A stretch of DNA of 63,434 nt, the filler included, from Polymyxa betae A26-41 (Eukaryota > Protista > Endomyxa: Phytomyxea): NCBI GenBank assembly GCA_003693705.1. It is 5 parts of 5 records of this genome, joined end to end, with 100 filler letters (N's around TTAATTAATTAA, not from the genome) between each part and the next. Parts side by side here need not be neighbours in the genome. Positions count along the whole stretch, not along the records: positions 1 to 23,491 come from RBZT01000869.1; positions 23,592 to 44,145 come from RBZT01000341.1; 3 more parts are not named here. The stretch is one strand, 5' to 3'. The notes below the pieces were generated by a model. That model had not been told where the DNA came from. It saw nothing but the letters and a program-made list of their open reading frames with translations, and did no database searches. The translations under genes and the position numbers were made by a program. This document shows, piece by piece, positions 11,905 to 25,175 of this stretch (its first letter is position 1; every line of letters starts with the position of its first letter).

Positions 11905-12055
11905 CTAGAGCCTGGACAACTAGTCTGGGTCACTTGAACAGCAGTAGAACCGGTGATAAAAGAGCGGCAATCCAGGAGGCTACTTCCAAGACTGACGGGG
12001 CCATGGCGGGTTCTGTGTCGTCACGATAATGCGCCGGGAACGTATCGCCTTCGAC
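11905..12055 (+). pseudogene. Gypsy integrase C-terminal (GPY/F) fragment
   Basis: Manual translation PGQLVWV*...LLPRLTGPWRV. Confidence 0.55.
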
Positions 12056-12069
12056 TGATTAGCACGAAT

Positions 12070-12565
12070 TAGGGCTCCGACTCGGTCGGATACTACCCTG
12101 CGTCCTGGTCGGATACTACCCGAGTATCGGAGTTCGGATCGGATACCGGTAGGGTACCGGTTCTATGGAGCTACCCGACCGGGTACCGAAAACTACCGAA
12201 ATTTATAGTCTCCAGAAAACAGGTAATGGATGAAGTGGATAAGTACCTGAGCTTGCGCTGAGAGCATCCAGCAGTCGATCCCTTGGAATTGTGGAAACCC
12301 TATCCGAAGCAGTTTTTCGAACCACAGCAAAGTTGCCAAGGACATTCTTTCAACCAATGGATCATCAGGGGCGGTTGAAAGAAAATTTAACTGAGTTCGA
12401 GATATGATCGGGCTTCGCAGATACTCATTGAAGCCAGAGACGCTCAATTCATCACTCTTCGGCAAGCGTGCATTGAAAAAATGAACAGTAAAAGTTGTTT
12501 CTGCTCCTGTATTACAATTTCGTGTTTCTGTAGGCAGGTACCCGAGACTACCGATCGGAGCCATA
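12070..12565 (+). mobile_element. Internally deleted hAT element
   Basis: TIR TAGGGCTCCG / CGGAGCCATA; perfect 8-bp TSD GCACGAAT; dimerization-domain remnant DEVDKYL...DPLELWK...SGAVERKF. Confidence 0.9.
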
Positions 12566-12782
12566 GCACGAATCAAAAAGTCTCCTTCAACATCGATCAG
12601 ATCATCCCGTACCGGAACCGCGAGTCTGCTGCAGCCACGGACGACACGGAGCTGGAGGGGAACCCGGGAACTGTTTCGGTTATCTTCCCGTAAACTTTAA
12701 CCTCTCTATCGCTCCTGCTTTCTTTTTGTTCTACGTCTTCAGTGAACTCTACGATCCCCGGTTCCTGGACGTTTCAGCAGCT

Positions 12783-13200
12783 ATTGGGGAAAACAGAAAA
12801 TCCATTTACGGAGACGAACGCAGTTCTAGGAAACATGCGTGGTAGAGTGGGACTCCGTGGAAAGTTAATATGAACATATACCCACTAAACTGAAACCAAA
12901 TTTGCTGCGAGCATTTCAGTTGGAGGATATATGGATTCCTTAACATTTAATAAAGTCCGTAACTCCTGGAAATGCGGCTTTGGGAGGGCTCTGGTGAATA
13001 TGTCAACGATATTTTTCGCTGATTCGACTCTCTTTAGTGCTAGAACACCGTCAGCGATTTCCTCTTTGAGAAAGTGATATTTTAGGTCGATATGCTTCAT
13101 TGAAGACAGGAATAGGCTGCGATGACCATAGGATAAGCAACCCTGATTGTCTTCAAAGATGACCAGTGGTGACTGCATTGGAAAACCTACCGTAAACCCC
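12783..13200 (-). mobile_element. Copia RNase H 3' fragment with PPT and start of the 3' LTR
   Basis: EDNQGC...KHIDLKYHF...DIFTRAL; minus-strand TGTTCA at 12876 after a purine tract; LTR distal end uncertain. Confidence 0.75.
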
Positions 13201-13208
13201 GGCGGGTG

Positions 13209-13565
13209 TGTAGTGAGGCTGTCTCACATTGAAGACAAATAGAACAACTGAGTCAATCGATGATAATGATTGATCAGTGATATTAATCCATCGGAAGGTA
13301 TCCGTGGAGAACCCTAAGGTGAAAGGGGGAGACTCTGAAGGGCCAAATCGCCACTGGGGGCCAAGTGGGGTGGAAACTGCGTGAGTCACGGTCCGGCCTC
13401 CCGAAGCCCGGAGCTACCCTGACCGGCCTGGAGGAGACCATGGGGCCTGGAATCTAATTATACTAAATCATAATTCAATTGTGCTCTCAATTCTAAAGTC
13501 TTTGTTTGTAGGATACCAAAGACACAGAACGTTCTGTAGCCGTACTAATTCACGTCTACGCTACA
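13209..13565 (+). repeat. Gypsy 5' LTR
   Basis: TGTAG...CTACA termini; same family as 3181-3419; followed by gag-like sequence. Confidence 0.85.
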
Positions 13566-13662
13566 ACCCTAACCCTAACAACAGCGTCGTTCACTGCCGT
13601 GAACTGGCTCCATACTACAACGAGGACTCTTCCACGGAGACATGCTCTACTCCGGAATTCGC

Positions 13663-14182
13663 TATGCGAGTCCATGACGATGATGATAACAGTGTAACGT
13701 TATCATCAACCACCGATGTTTCGGTACGTAGACGCCAGAGTAACGAGCGTCGATGAATCCAATGGACCGAATGTAACGTTACCGTCGGAGTCTCGGCCCT
13801 CTGATCAAGTGCTCATGCAAGCCAACAGCGCGACTACGTTAAGGCGAACCGTTACCAAGGACATTATACGGTTCTTGCGCAAGTATGCGCTGTATCGGCA
13901 GAACATTGAGGACGTCAATGCGGAGTCCGTGGTCAAGATAACTCCGCGGACCGTTAAGTCTATGTTCGACCCGGCCGGTTTTATTATCGGCGCTTTTGAA
14001 GTATGAGCTGGACTGGAGGTCCGTCGGAACGGCTTTATGTGACTCGTTCCTGCTACGATGGCTGAAGAAGCAGCAGGGCAGCGACACCTCGAGCCGCATA
14101 CTCTTTCCAAGATTATGCGTGATAATCTGAAGATGGACCTTCGGATTTCGGCGTCTGTAGCTCGTCACCGCAACTCCGTGAG
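13663..14182 (+). pseudogene. gag: Gypsy gag, 5' part, interrupted by a CACTA-like insertion
   Basis: DIIRFLRKYALY...LKMDLRI; resembles the gag fragments at 41668-41943 and 52723-53000. Confidence 0.65.
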
Positions 14183-14900
14183 CATGCGTTTTCCTGCAAC
14201 CAATCACATGCGAATTTTGGGGGATAATCTTGCACGGCCACGCATTTTTTTGCATAGGTGATTGCGTGAAATCGCAGATTTTTTTCGAAGATAATCATAG
14301 AGTATTGCAGAATATTGCATGAATTCTTTGCGCAGATCTGCCTATAGTATGTGCATGAAATGACAGAGAAACGCATAAAATAGCATTGGAAACGAGTTGT
14401 GGAATAATTGGGAATTCTGCATTATTCAGACATTTTTTGGTTCTAAAGCATATAATAATAGTCTATTAGATAATATTAGATATTGATTTATTTGACTGAT
14501 AGTTTTTAGTTTGTCCTACTTGCTCTTTTGACGACCTGAAATGGTTACGACCGCACATATCGTTTTGAACGGACAGCAGATTTGCATGGAGCGTCACCAA
14601 AAGAAATGTCTTTGTAGAAGACGAATAGCCTTCAGAATACACACCCTGGGGATTATAGCATTTTGTAAGGGGCCTGGTACCGTTTCATGTGAGTAGTTCA
14701 AAAGGGACGTAAACATCACAGAGTTACTCCGACAGCAGCCAAGACCCACCGGTATTAAGCACCCTAAACGCGTGGGCCGTATGGGTTTGAAACTTGACTC
14801 TAAGGTACATCGGAATAGACAATGTAAGTTTTTAGTACCGACTGACTGACAACTGGAGGATGAACAAGACATTAGACACAGTCGAAGCTTGAAGAGAAGA

Positions 14901-15024
14901 GAGGTCGTCCATTATTTCAGGCGACCGGCCCCCGAATCGGGAGCCGTACACCTCTTCTCTACAACGGGAGGGGTCGTCCGTTATTTCGGGAGACCGGCCC
15001 TCGCGCGCGAGAGCCGTACACCTC
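14901..15024. repeat. Two-copy tandem repeat of about 69 bp within probable LTR debris
   Basis: GGTCGTCCRTTATTTC...GACCGGCCC...GAGCCGTACACCTC occurs twice. Confidence 0.7.
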
Positions 15025-16534
15025 AACAGCCTCTAGTCTTAGTGGTGGCCAGGCCGAACTTTGATTGTTACCGATATGATGTAGAGAGGAATGGTAAATG
15101 GATGATGCGAACATGGGTATACGGGAGCGGAGTCCGCACGGGAACTTGCTCTGCTTCCTGATGTCACCATCCAAAGGAGCGCCAGTGGAGAATCATAATG
15201 CGCCTAGTGTTAATAATAAACTGCGTCTGTCATTACAAGAAAATTTGCGCGCAATAGACTGTATTGCCCCCAGATTCTGAGAGCTGTCTCAATTTTGACT
15301 ACAAAAAAGATTTCTGGAATTGGGAATTTGCATTGTTTGAATAAACACTCGCAGACAATCAAGTCGCAATTTCGCAGAAATTCCCGACTGCAGCACTCCC
15401 CAATTTTACGATGTCAGAGGTTGCAGCTCCCGGGTCATCAGTGTTCTTCATGCACAATGGCAATCCGGTTGCCAGAGTAATGTTGCTAGCAGAACCTGAT
15501 GAAAGCCGAAACCATATCAAAGTAATGCACGGGGAGGAGATAAATCTTGATACCAACCGAGGAGTTCGTGTTATCAAGGTTCTTGCGACAAGCGCAATTC
15601 CATCAGTTCGAACCAGCTCTTCAAACGACGAGATTCTTGTCAAAGACCTCAGGTTCATTGCTGCTCTTGATGACCTTCAATTCCAAGTTGACAGCCGAAG
15701 TAAGAATTCTACAAACCGCTTGTGACATATTTTATCGTTGCTCATTGTTACAATCAGAAAAGCGCAGCAAGCCTCAGCTAAGCTTATCGAACGAACGAGA
15801 CGCGTATTGGCCACGAACCCAATGGCGTGATCATGATACAGAAGGTCCGATCACCGTGGAGCTTTTGGACAAATTTCGCATGGAGACGGTGGACAGCAAA
15901 ACCCCAGAGAGGTTGGCAATGAGACAATTGCTTAGAAACCATATAAATTTCTTTCGGTAATTGTTTATGAATGTGGATACATGCAAGCTCACCTGATTCG
16001 AAGAATGTCCCCAGCCACACAAGGTGCAGATGCAGAAAGGCTACTGAATGCAATCAACAGCAAATTCCCCAGGCGGACTCCAATCTTGAAATGGTCAGCA
16101 AAGGTACTCCATTAACCCTCAATGCGCACGCATACGAAAAGTAACAATGCAAAGAGTTATCGAAAAAGATGGCGGACATGGAAGCAAAAGAGAAGATAAA
16201 GGCAAAAAATAGCAAACAGAGCGATGTGGAGCAGGCCGATAATTCACAGTAAAAATTTCCAAACGACTCTCTTGGATTGACGCTAGAATCCATTTACGAG
16301 GAATTCGTACATCGCGCGTTGAATGATTTTGTTGAATTCGATATCGTCTCTAGCCAAGGACAAAGGCTTCGGGCACAAATTGTTTCGCTTTTAGACCGGA
16401 AATCATCGGAGGGCTCGCGAAAGAAAGCAAGATCGGCCTAACATCCATTGAAAGTTTCGTCTAATACAAAATATCCATGAGTACCGATCGCTCCTGATGG
16501 CAGTATTCTAGCAGTTGTTTGTAGCAGCTGTCTC

Positions 16535-19500
16535 TTGATGTGTTCTAAAACACTCAGACGAACTAGAAATGGCCTTGAAAGACGATGTTATTGTAGATCG
16601 AACCGATGCAGAGGAAAGATCGTTAACCCAAGGACATTCCGTGCCCATGAAATTGACGATTTAAACCTGAACGACCAGCAAATAGATCATTTATCGTCAT
16701 TTTCGGTGTTGACGTCTACCAGCTCTCACGCATCTCTCCCTGCATACATGAAAACTCCATTCCAGACGATCGGTCACGCTCTGAGTGCTCAGATGACATG
16801 GATGAAAAAGACGTTGATTTAGATCTGCCTTTCGGCAATTCAAATGGATCTGTTGACACAAGCATTTCAGGACAGAACGATTCAAACTCAGAGCACAATG
16901 GCCACGATCTTGCTGAAAGCAACTAATTTCGGCTGGAAATTGATGAATCCGATTCCCACTTCCAGCAAAGACATGTGGACCATACTCAAGACCTTGAACA
17001 CTCGTTTGATGCAAAGGTTCTGAAAGCTTTGAATAATGCAAGAGCACTGTTACAAGGTCGTGCGCTCATACATGAGAACCAAATGCACGACCATGGAATT
17101 ACAAGCATCGCTCTTCTCGATAGCATCAAAATTAAGATTATGCAGTTCGCTGACCAACGCCTACGTTCTGGTGTCAATCAAAAAAGCTTTGAAGAATTCG
17201 TGGCCTTATTTCTGCAAGAGATGGCGTCGAAGCCTGATCTAAGAACCGGATAAGATTTGCCGATTTACAAGAGTTTTCCACAAGATTGGCACAGTGCTAA
17301 GGCCACGATTCTCAGAGACATCCTCTTGCAGCTCAAGCCCATTCCAATGCTCTCATGCCCATCTGGGCACTGTATATATATATTGGGACTTGAAAATGCA
17401 ACCAAATGCCCTGTGTGTGGTGCGTCAAGGGAGAAATCGAGAGCTTTCTTTACTGGCCTCTCTGCTATGATATTCAGGTATTCAACCAAAGTATGTCATT
17501 TTTATCAATGTTAATTTACCAACCAGCTACGATTTGCTTTTTAATCTGTTGCAAGAATGTTCTGGTCGGGATTCAACGAGATTAAGAGCCTAGTCGAGGA
17601 TTACAACGAAACCAAGGCGAAAAAAGAAATAATGACAGACTGGACTCACGGCGATCTCTTTTATGATTTTTACTTGCCGTTCCATGTGAAAGAATCCGAA
17701 ACCGAATCGGTGTCAGGTAAACTATTTTGCTCACGAACTTTGGCCCTCACATCATGAATTTGATAGGGAAGAGGATCATGATCATTGCTTTAGCACATTG
17801 CTTTGACGGAATGAGGGTTCACAATTCCTCTAAAGTTTCGGTTTTAACCTCATGTTTTCAGCTATTGAACTTTGCCACCCTTTGCTCGCTGCAAACCGTC
17901 TTCTGTAGTTCTGACGACGTCATCAAATTTTTCCAGTCAGGCATTTTTTCAGGTTTTTGCACATGAACTGAACTTGATCAACGAAACTGGCCTATGTATA
18001 TACGATACGTCCTCAGAGGCGCTTATTATGGTAACTAGCACACAGCCTCACAGCTTTCTGGTGAATTGATGAACTATATGTAGGTTAAGGTCAAATTAAT
18101 GCAAAGCATGGCAGATCTGCCTGCTTTCGCCAAGGGGATGATGAAGGCTGGTGCTCGTAGTATCATGGAGCCTGTATCTGCAGCTTGAGGGGAGTCAGAT
18201 CTTACAGAAGAACATGTCGTTTGGGGTCTTTCACTTTCTTGCCGCCTTCCCAATATGCTTTCCGCAGAAAAGCTCTTATTCCAAGATGTGATCTGCAACT
18301 TCACGCTCGATCTCCAGCACCTACGCTCTGGACAAAAAAGCAGATTCTAGAGTCAGGTGGTTCCATTTGTACTCCAATGTTATTTGGTGATTTAATGCTA
18401 AGCAAGAGCATCCGAATGCCATGAAAGTCGTAGACGTTTAGAGCAAACGCGATCCAATAAGTCCTACGAACGATCAAACGATCAACAACACCCTATAAAA
18501 GTGAAGGACCTGGCCATTATGGTGTCGATGTATTGACGAAGACCTTGGGCGCCAACTGGGATGCCAGTCGACAATTCAAAACCGACTTTATGCATCATTT
18601 AGGAGTAAGGAAATCAAAATGTTTGTGCTTGACAGTGATGATAGCATCCTTCCTATAGAATGTTGTCAGGACACTGGTGGAGGCTCTAGACTGCGATAAC
18701 GGTGGTTCTGGTCTTGTATTTGATAACGGGGCTCGTGCAGCAGAAAGGGAGCTTTGCAGGCTAGAACCCATTTGGGATCTGGAATCTGATCTCCCGTGGT
18801 CATTGATCAGAGGCGCTCGACTGAAGATAACCGAAAGGTTAAATAGCCTCAGGCCTCCTGCGAGTAAGCAACCTTATCGACAAGTTTTCAATTTTGATAG
18901 TGCTTTCAGATACCGAACTTTTCGACCCATACGTAAAATCGCAAGTGTTAACAAAAAATTCTCAATGGCATATGCTCTTGCGTGGCTTATTCAGGTTCTT
19001 GACCCAGGTTTTATTTCACAAGGATATCCATTTTAGGTATCCGGACGAGAGAGCGAACCACAAGTTAGGCGAACGAGGAACAGATACCGCTATTGACGGC
19101 CACGAAGGTAATATATGACAAGACACCCCTATGAAATTTCTGCGGCTAGGTCCGTGGCGCAGTCCGGACCCCAGCCGCCACGAGGTAGGGAGACCAAGCT
19201 CTCCCGACCTCTGGACTCTCACTCTTCTATCTCGCGTGCATTTGCCCCGTAGCCAACCAAGCCTAACCAAAAGGAATTGAATACCGATAAGCCGAATAAT
19301 AATAAAAACAGCCGGGGAAAGGGCTGAGGAGATTCTCGAAATGAACGAGATCTTCGGCCCTTCCGGCCTTTCCACCCAACCGAAATGAGACATCAATGCG
19401 AAATTTTTTCAGAAAGAGCTCTATAACTTTTTTGATTCCCTGTCAGATTGTTTTAGCTCTTTTTTTAAGATGTCCGAACTCCCCAATTTGCAGTTACGAA

Positions 19501-20830
19501 TAACAGAATGCTTGGCTGCTCTTGAAAAAGTATGTTCGTTTCGAATCCAATCTGGTTAACTTATAATTGTGTACTCCAGCAAATCCCGAGTATGCTAATG
19601 ACACTTCCTGTTCACTTCATGTTGCATTTCGTTTCCCATGCTCTGCAAGACCTTGGCCCTCTTAAGGGCACAGCCTGGAATTTCTGGTCAGAACGCTTCA
19701 TGCGACCGCTAAAGTCTATGAATCACGCCAGTCGGGGACAGGCAGTGAATATGGTCCATAACTATTCAGAGCAAGTTCCAGTTTCCTGTCTCAGGTAACA
19801 CAATCGATAACAAATTCCATGACTAAACTCTGTCTTAGGCATCAGCATCATCAACGCTATGCTTTCAGCTCACGAAGAATGTGGACGTTTGGCCAAACCA
19901 TTGAGGACATAGAAACTTGTAATGACCTGAACTCTGACAGCGATATCATTCATTTCAAGGCCGATGACCCCCCAGATTAGTAAAGATAAACATAAAAATG
20001 ATTGACGAGTGCTTATTGCTACAATAGGCCGGCTTCAAGACGAACTGATGAAAAGAGTCCCAGAATATAGACAGCAAATTGAAGTATTTAATTCAAGACT
20101 CCCAAAGCCCTTCACACAAGCCAGATTGAATAGCCACCCATCATTGTTTATTCAGCAAAAACTTGAAGGATTGCTCCAGCATTTACAGCTGAATGGTTTT
20201 AGTAACGAGCTACTCATGATTTTACTAGGTACGTAAATTCTGATACTGATATCATGTTTTCTTCATTGTTAGAATGTTTATATTGTGTAATATATTGCCC
20301 TATTCTGGAAAATAAACCTAGCTAGCTTTTATTGTTCAGCTCTTGCATTCGATCTATAGTAGATTTAGTAACGATTGTGATTTTATGGAGATTAAAAATA
20401 GAGACAGCCTTATATATTGCATACCATATCAAAGTTGATAAAGATATCAGGGGAAATAGCAATATCGAGACGAAAAATGCATGAAGGGACACTATTTCGT
20501 TCCAGGGATTACGAACAAAGAAGAGCTCTTAAAACCTGCAGCCCTATGATGCAGGTGAAAATTGAATCTAATTCAAACAAGACTGTTCGATGGTTCGCCG
20601 CTGCTCTGTGGTTTTCTTCTCTTATCGTCAAAGAAGACGCTTCCCCTTTGGAACTGGCCTTTGTTGATAGGTACCAATCACCAGCATCGAGCCAATCCGG
20701 GCACAGCTACCGCTGGTCGTGACCATGAGCAAATCCCAGAATAACATCGAGAACGTAGAACCCTTAAACGTAATGCTCGGCGAACTCTCAGGAGTTAAAA
20801 GCTATTTTATAATTAGAATGGGACGAGAAG
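16535..20830 (+). pseudogene. CACTA (Tnp2-like) transposase, multi-exon, decayed
   Basis: CYCRSNRC; CPSGHCIY...CPVCGASR; DWTHGD; FDG; ADLPA; DFMH; HFMLH...LGPL...WNFWSERFMRPLK. Confidence 0.8.
19029..19389. mobile_element. Unclassified insertion of about 360 bp in the transposase
   Basis: Reading frame KDI|NAKFF is split; flanked by GATATC/GACATC; imperfect inverted ends CATTTTAGG / CCGAAATG. Confidence 0.45.
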
Positions 20831-20954
20831 AAATTTGTTGATAATAAATAAAAATGATGTTAAACTGATATACTCAATGGGCATGATGAAATTTGAACAA
20901 TCAAAAAGTTAATACAAAGCGATTGAATCAAGTCATAACAAAGCAATGAGAAAT

Positions 20955-22570
20955 CAAATCCAGATTATGGCTACGATGAAAGGATTAGGACGCCAACGGA
21001 CGACGACATGGTCTAGATAATGATGGCAGCAGCAGGATGGCGTCAGGTCGGGACTATTGCCGTTCAAAGAGGCTGTGTGTGGACGACGACAGTGGCACGA
21101 ACGGAGCGACGATAACGGCAGCGGCAGGAACGGGACGATGGCGACGACAGCAGCAACAAGATCGGATGATGAAGGCGATGACAGTAGCCGCACGATCAGG
21201 ATGGTGAAGTTGACGATGACGACAGCAACATCAGGATCGGGACGAGGACGATGACGACAGCAGCATCAGGATCGGGACGAAGACGATGTCGATGATGACC
21301 ACAGCAGCAGGATCGGTACGTTATCAGAACGATCGGGAACAGTTCGACTGTCTTTTCGTCTAAAATCTCCACTTGCTGATCCATCAGCATCTGGCGCGCG
21401 TTGTATGGCCTGCTTTGTCTATGGTAATTCCATTTGTGGCTTAATGTTTCGATCGAATTCGCCCTTGAAAGCCCCTCTTGTATTTGTTCGAAGAAGCGCT
21501 TGTCGTTGCTAAGAGATTGGGCCATTCTCAGGGCTTGGACGTCTTAAATTGCCATTCTGGGCTTTAACCTGATTTGTGACAACTGCAGGAGGGACACTCT
21601 GACTTCGTCTGGCAGGGTTTGTTGGCGACGTCAAGGATTCTTGTTGTTCATTCTTCGAATTTACTGATGCCATAATGATTAGGCCCAGCTTGGTGATTCC
21701 GCAATCTTTTCCCCCTTTACGACTGTAAAAGGTAACCGTTTTCATTTCAGCCCCTTCTGCTGTGTCAACTACTAGGGCAGTGTGCTAGCCTTGCAACAAT
21801 CCCGGAAGATTATTCTTGGGGCTAGGGCTTACTTTTTCGTATCACAGCTAGCGATGCTATGGAGGCGAACCCGTCTTCTCAGAGGTACTAAGACAGAGGT
21901 CGAAGATAGATGAAAAATAAACGAGATGTACGATGACGACAGCACAGCAGTGTCGGAAGGATGACGATGCCGAAGATGACAGCAGCAACAGTATCGGGTG
22001 GCTGACGATGGCGACAGCCGCAGGTTCGGAGCAAGGATGGCGGCAGCGGCAGGAATGGAACGATAACGACGACGAAGCAAGATTGGAGAGTTGATGACGG
22101 CTGCAGTAAGTTTGGGATGATAGGGTCAGATCGGACAATGGCCGGTCCAGTACGTCGATGGCGACGGCGAAAATGATATATGTTAGTAGGATGGCCAAGA
22201 GATTCAGGACCCAGATAACGACTGGATCGAGATGACAGCAGCAACACGTCGGAATGGTGGACATGTTTTTAGGCCACGACACTTTCCTCACGCAGATGAC
22301 AACACCATGACAATTATCACAAGATCTGGACGATGACCACAACGAAGACTGGGTGAAGATTCCGATGAGGAGTTCAAGATCAGATGATCACTACGACGTT
22401 TGGCAGCTGTATGATGAGGTCGCCAAAAGGCTGTCCAGGATCGGGGCGCGAACACGATGTGCATCAACACCAACTGGTAATGGCGCCATGCATGGAGACC
22501 ATGGCTCAGGCGGCTTCGATCTGCAGCATTTGGTTGGCGACGTCATCAAGAGGCGATTTTGACCACAATA
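20955..22570. repeat. GAC/GAT-rich degenerate minisatellite, interrupted at about 21320-21890
   Basis: Recurrent GACGATGACGACAGCAGCATCAGGATCGG units with a 30-bp period at 21212-21285. Confidence 0.75.
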
Positions 22571-22904
22571 CTAGGATTAGCATGAAGACGTTCCGTCACA
22601 GACGGTTTCAGTTTTAGATAAAACTTCCTTTTTCTTTAATAAATTTAAATTAATAGCGGTGTATTTGTTAAAAACTTCTGCAAATTTTCTTAATTCGAAT
22701 TTTCGCATGAATTTGCAAATCAGATTCGGAAAGAATGCAGAATTTTCCGTACAGCCTCTTAACAACGACCCTGTCTCCAATGCGCACTTCTTCAAAACGC
22801 AGATAATTTGCATCTCAAAATCCCATACGCAGGTTTCTGTCAGAGAATGCATAATTTCGCCAGAAGATGCACTATAACGCAGGCTTGCGCAGTTCCGGTG
22901 CGTG

Positions 22905-23491
22905 TACATGATCTGCAACGCCCAGTCGAGCAACAAACTACTGAAAACAATTGGGGCGGCCTTTTTTTGCAACTCCGGGTGGCAAGAAGAACCTTGTCAG
23001 ATTCCTGATCGAGGCAGTGCAGCCCCCCTGCTTCCGGAACTACATGAAGAATGTGGTCAACGTGTCGATGCCGCACCTGCAGCAGGACCCCGAGGCTTTT
23101 TTCGACCCGCTGAAGGCCAAGACCAAGATATTCGACGAGATGAATTCAATGGGTCAGGACATGGGAGTCCGCAGCGTGGCGTCAAAGGAGCCGAAGCGGA
23201 AACGTGGAGGCGATGATCGGAAGGGCAAAGATAAGAAGACCAAAACCGATCGGCGCGAAGTAAAGTATCTTAAAGTGCGGACAAGGTGGACATCTTATGT
23301 CGAAGTGTCCGCAGAAGTTTTCAAAAGAGGAGCAAGAGCTTCTCTTAAAGAAGCATCGGGCGCAGATGTCCATAAAATCTTCGGATAATAAACATTCGAA
23401 GTCGACTTACGTTTTTGTGAACAGAATCGAAAGTAGTCAATGCAGTGACTCGATTTCTATAGACGTAGAAACTGCCAATGAACATTTAGTG
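22905..23491 (+). pseudogene. gag: Gypsy gag, 3' part with degenerate zinc knuckle
   Basis: KKNLVRFLIEAVQP...QDPEAFFD; knuckle-like (Y)LKCGQGGHLMSKC across a frameshift. Confidence 0.65.
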
Positions 23492-23591
23492 NNNNNNNNN
23501 NNNNNNNNNNNNNNNNNNNNNNNNNNNNNNNNNNNTTAATTAATTAANNNNNNNNNNNNNNNNNNNNNNNNNNNNNNNNNNNNNNNNNNNN
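23492..23591. other. Artificial contig spacer
   Basis: N44-TTAATTAATTAA-N44; same design at 44146-44245, 49866-49965 and 57608-57707. Confidence 0.97.
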
Positions 23592-25175
23592 TACAAAACC
23601 TAATGGCTCATGCTTCTATAACGATACATGTTGGTTTTCTCGCTCGGTGAGCGGCTACGATTCAGAACGATGTGAGCCGAACACAATCAATAACAGAATG
23701 AGATGTATTAGAAGTGAAAATTGATCTTTAAATACTCGAGTCTATTAGGGCGCTCTCATACCTTGGTAAACTCCGCGGCGGAGTTTTCATCCACCGTGGC
23801 TGTAGGCCATCACCCACTGGTTTCACAGTATAGTAATTCTGCTCGTCGGGGTTCTCGAGCGACTTGGGTTGTTATGGAGGCGCCACACTGCTTACAGATA
23901 CTAGTCGAGTGTTGGCTCGTGGTGGCAGCGAGATTGTCTGTCGTGTGANNNNNCCCGCGTATAGACGTCTGTTATGCTCTCGGGATTGGACGCAATACCA
24001 ACAAGGATCAACTGACTGGAGCTTTTCAGAACTCCTGTTGTGTTTTGCATGTGCGCGTTATAATGGGTTAGGCTTCCTCATTCGTTAATAAGCTCGGAAG
24101 AGGTACATGACTAAATCCGCCCAAAATCAGCAGCTTGGCGCCGCAGCTTTCACTGATGATGACTTCACGCTCCTTTCCAATATTTGCTCCCGCTATCAGC
24201 ATGATTATCCAGGCAAGCAACTCTCTCCTGCGCAATTGATTCACGAGTCCATTACGGATCCTGATACAGACGAAATTCTTGAGCAATCTCCCTTTGCTAA
24301 GTTTAAGACAAGAACGCTGAGTTCAAATTTGCCCACATATTACAATGCAAAGGCTAAGCTGGCGGTCCTACTCACCAAAGCTGGTAACGTAACATAAAAG
24401 TGCGATAATATGGATTTCTGAAATTGTCGATATCTGAATTAGGATCAATAAAGACATCCAGCAAGGTTTTCCAGCGCCACCAAAAATCTGATCGTTGGGT
24501 CTTTGAAACGGCAAGCGACAGCCGTTGACCCCAACGTCAAAACCCACCTTGCAGTCTGTGTGCTCCACGACAAAACACTGTATAATATTGCGTGCATGTG
24601 GATCGGGTTACATGAGCAATTAACATATTCCAACAGTGTTACCGGTCGTGACAAAGTCCTGATAAGTTTTACGATGACAGCTAGCACTTCTACAGTGAAG
24701 GTGAGCAATGACGGTCTCCGCGGTTTTTCACACTGCGCGATAAGATTTCGGATCCTCACGAGCTTATACTTACATCGAAAATCTCTGAGACAGAGGCTCT
24801 GCGGAAATTATTTCGGGACCAAGTGCGGAAGCTGCTGAACTATGAAGTTGAACTATCGAATCCCGTTAAAACGAGCGTCGAAAAGATTGCGTTTACAGCG
24901 ATGATCAGAAGCCAGTGCGCTTGATGGTCACGCTGACTGTTACGGAGGACGAGGAAAGCGATGAAGCATTGTCTTCATAGCTCTTCTACTTATAAAAATT
25001 TTATGTTTCAAATAAAATTCAATGATAAAACAAATTTAGGCTGTTTTCCAGCATTTACCGCGGCTTCCCTGGCACGCTTTTCCGATGATGTTCAGTCTTT
25101 GCCGCTGAAGCAAAAACTTTTTAATTCGACCAAGATTCCTTGCATCTAGAATCGAGATAGATCGTCAACGCCTTG

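Larger units (their letters stand above)
14183..22904 (+). mobile_element. CACTA/EnSpm-like DNA transposon, degenerate
   Basis: Tnp2-type transposase inside; right end ...GGTGCGTG (CACGC on minus); gag interrupted at both boundaries; left end and TSD not clean. Confidence 0.6.

Noticed and set aside
20955-22570. CRISPR-like array or real Asp/Ser/Cys-rich ORFs
   Set aside because: No constant repeat with unique spacers and no cas genes; the overlapping ORFs come from low-complexity GAC repeats.
23492-23591. TTAATTAATTAA palindrome repeated four times within N runs
   Set aside because: Artificial six-frame-stop contig linker; adjacency across these spacers has no biological meaning.
23740-23948. 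Structured ncRNA (hairpin AAACTCCGCGGCGGAGTTT)
   Set aside because: Isolated short hairpins, no recognisable family and no second copy in the window.
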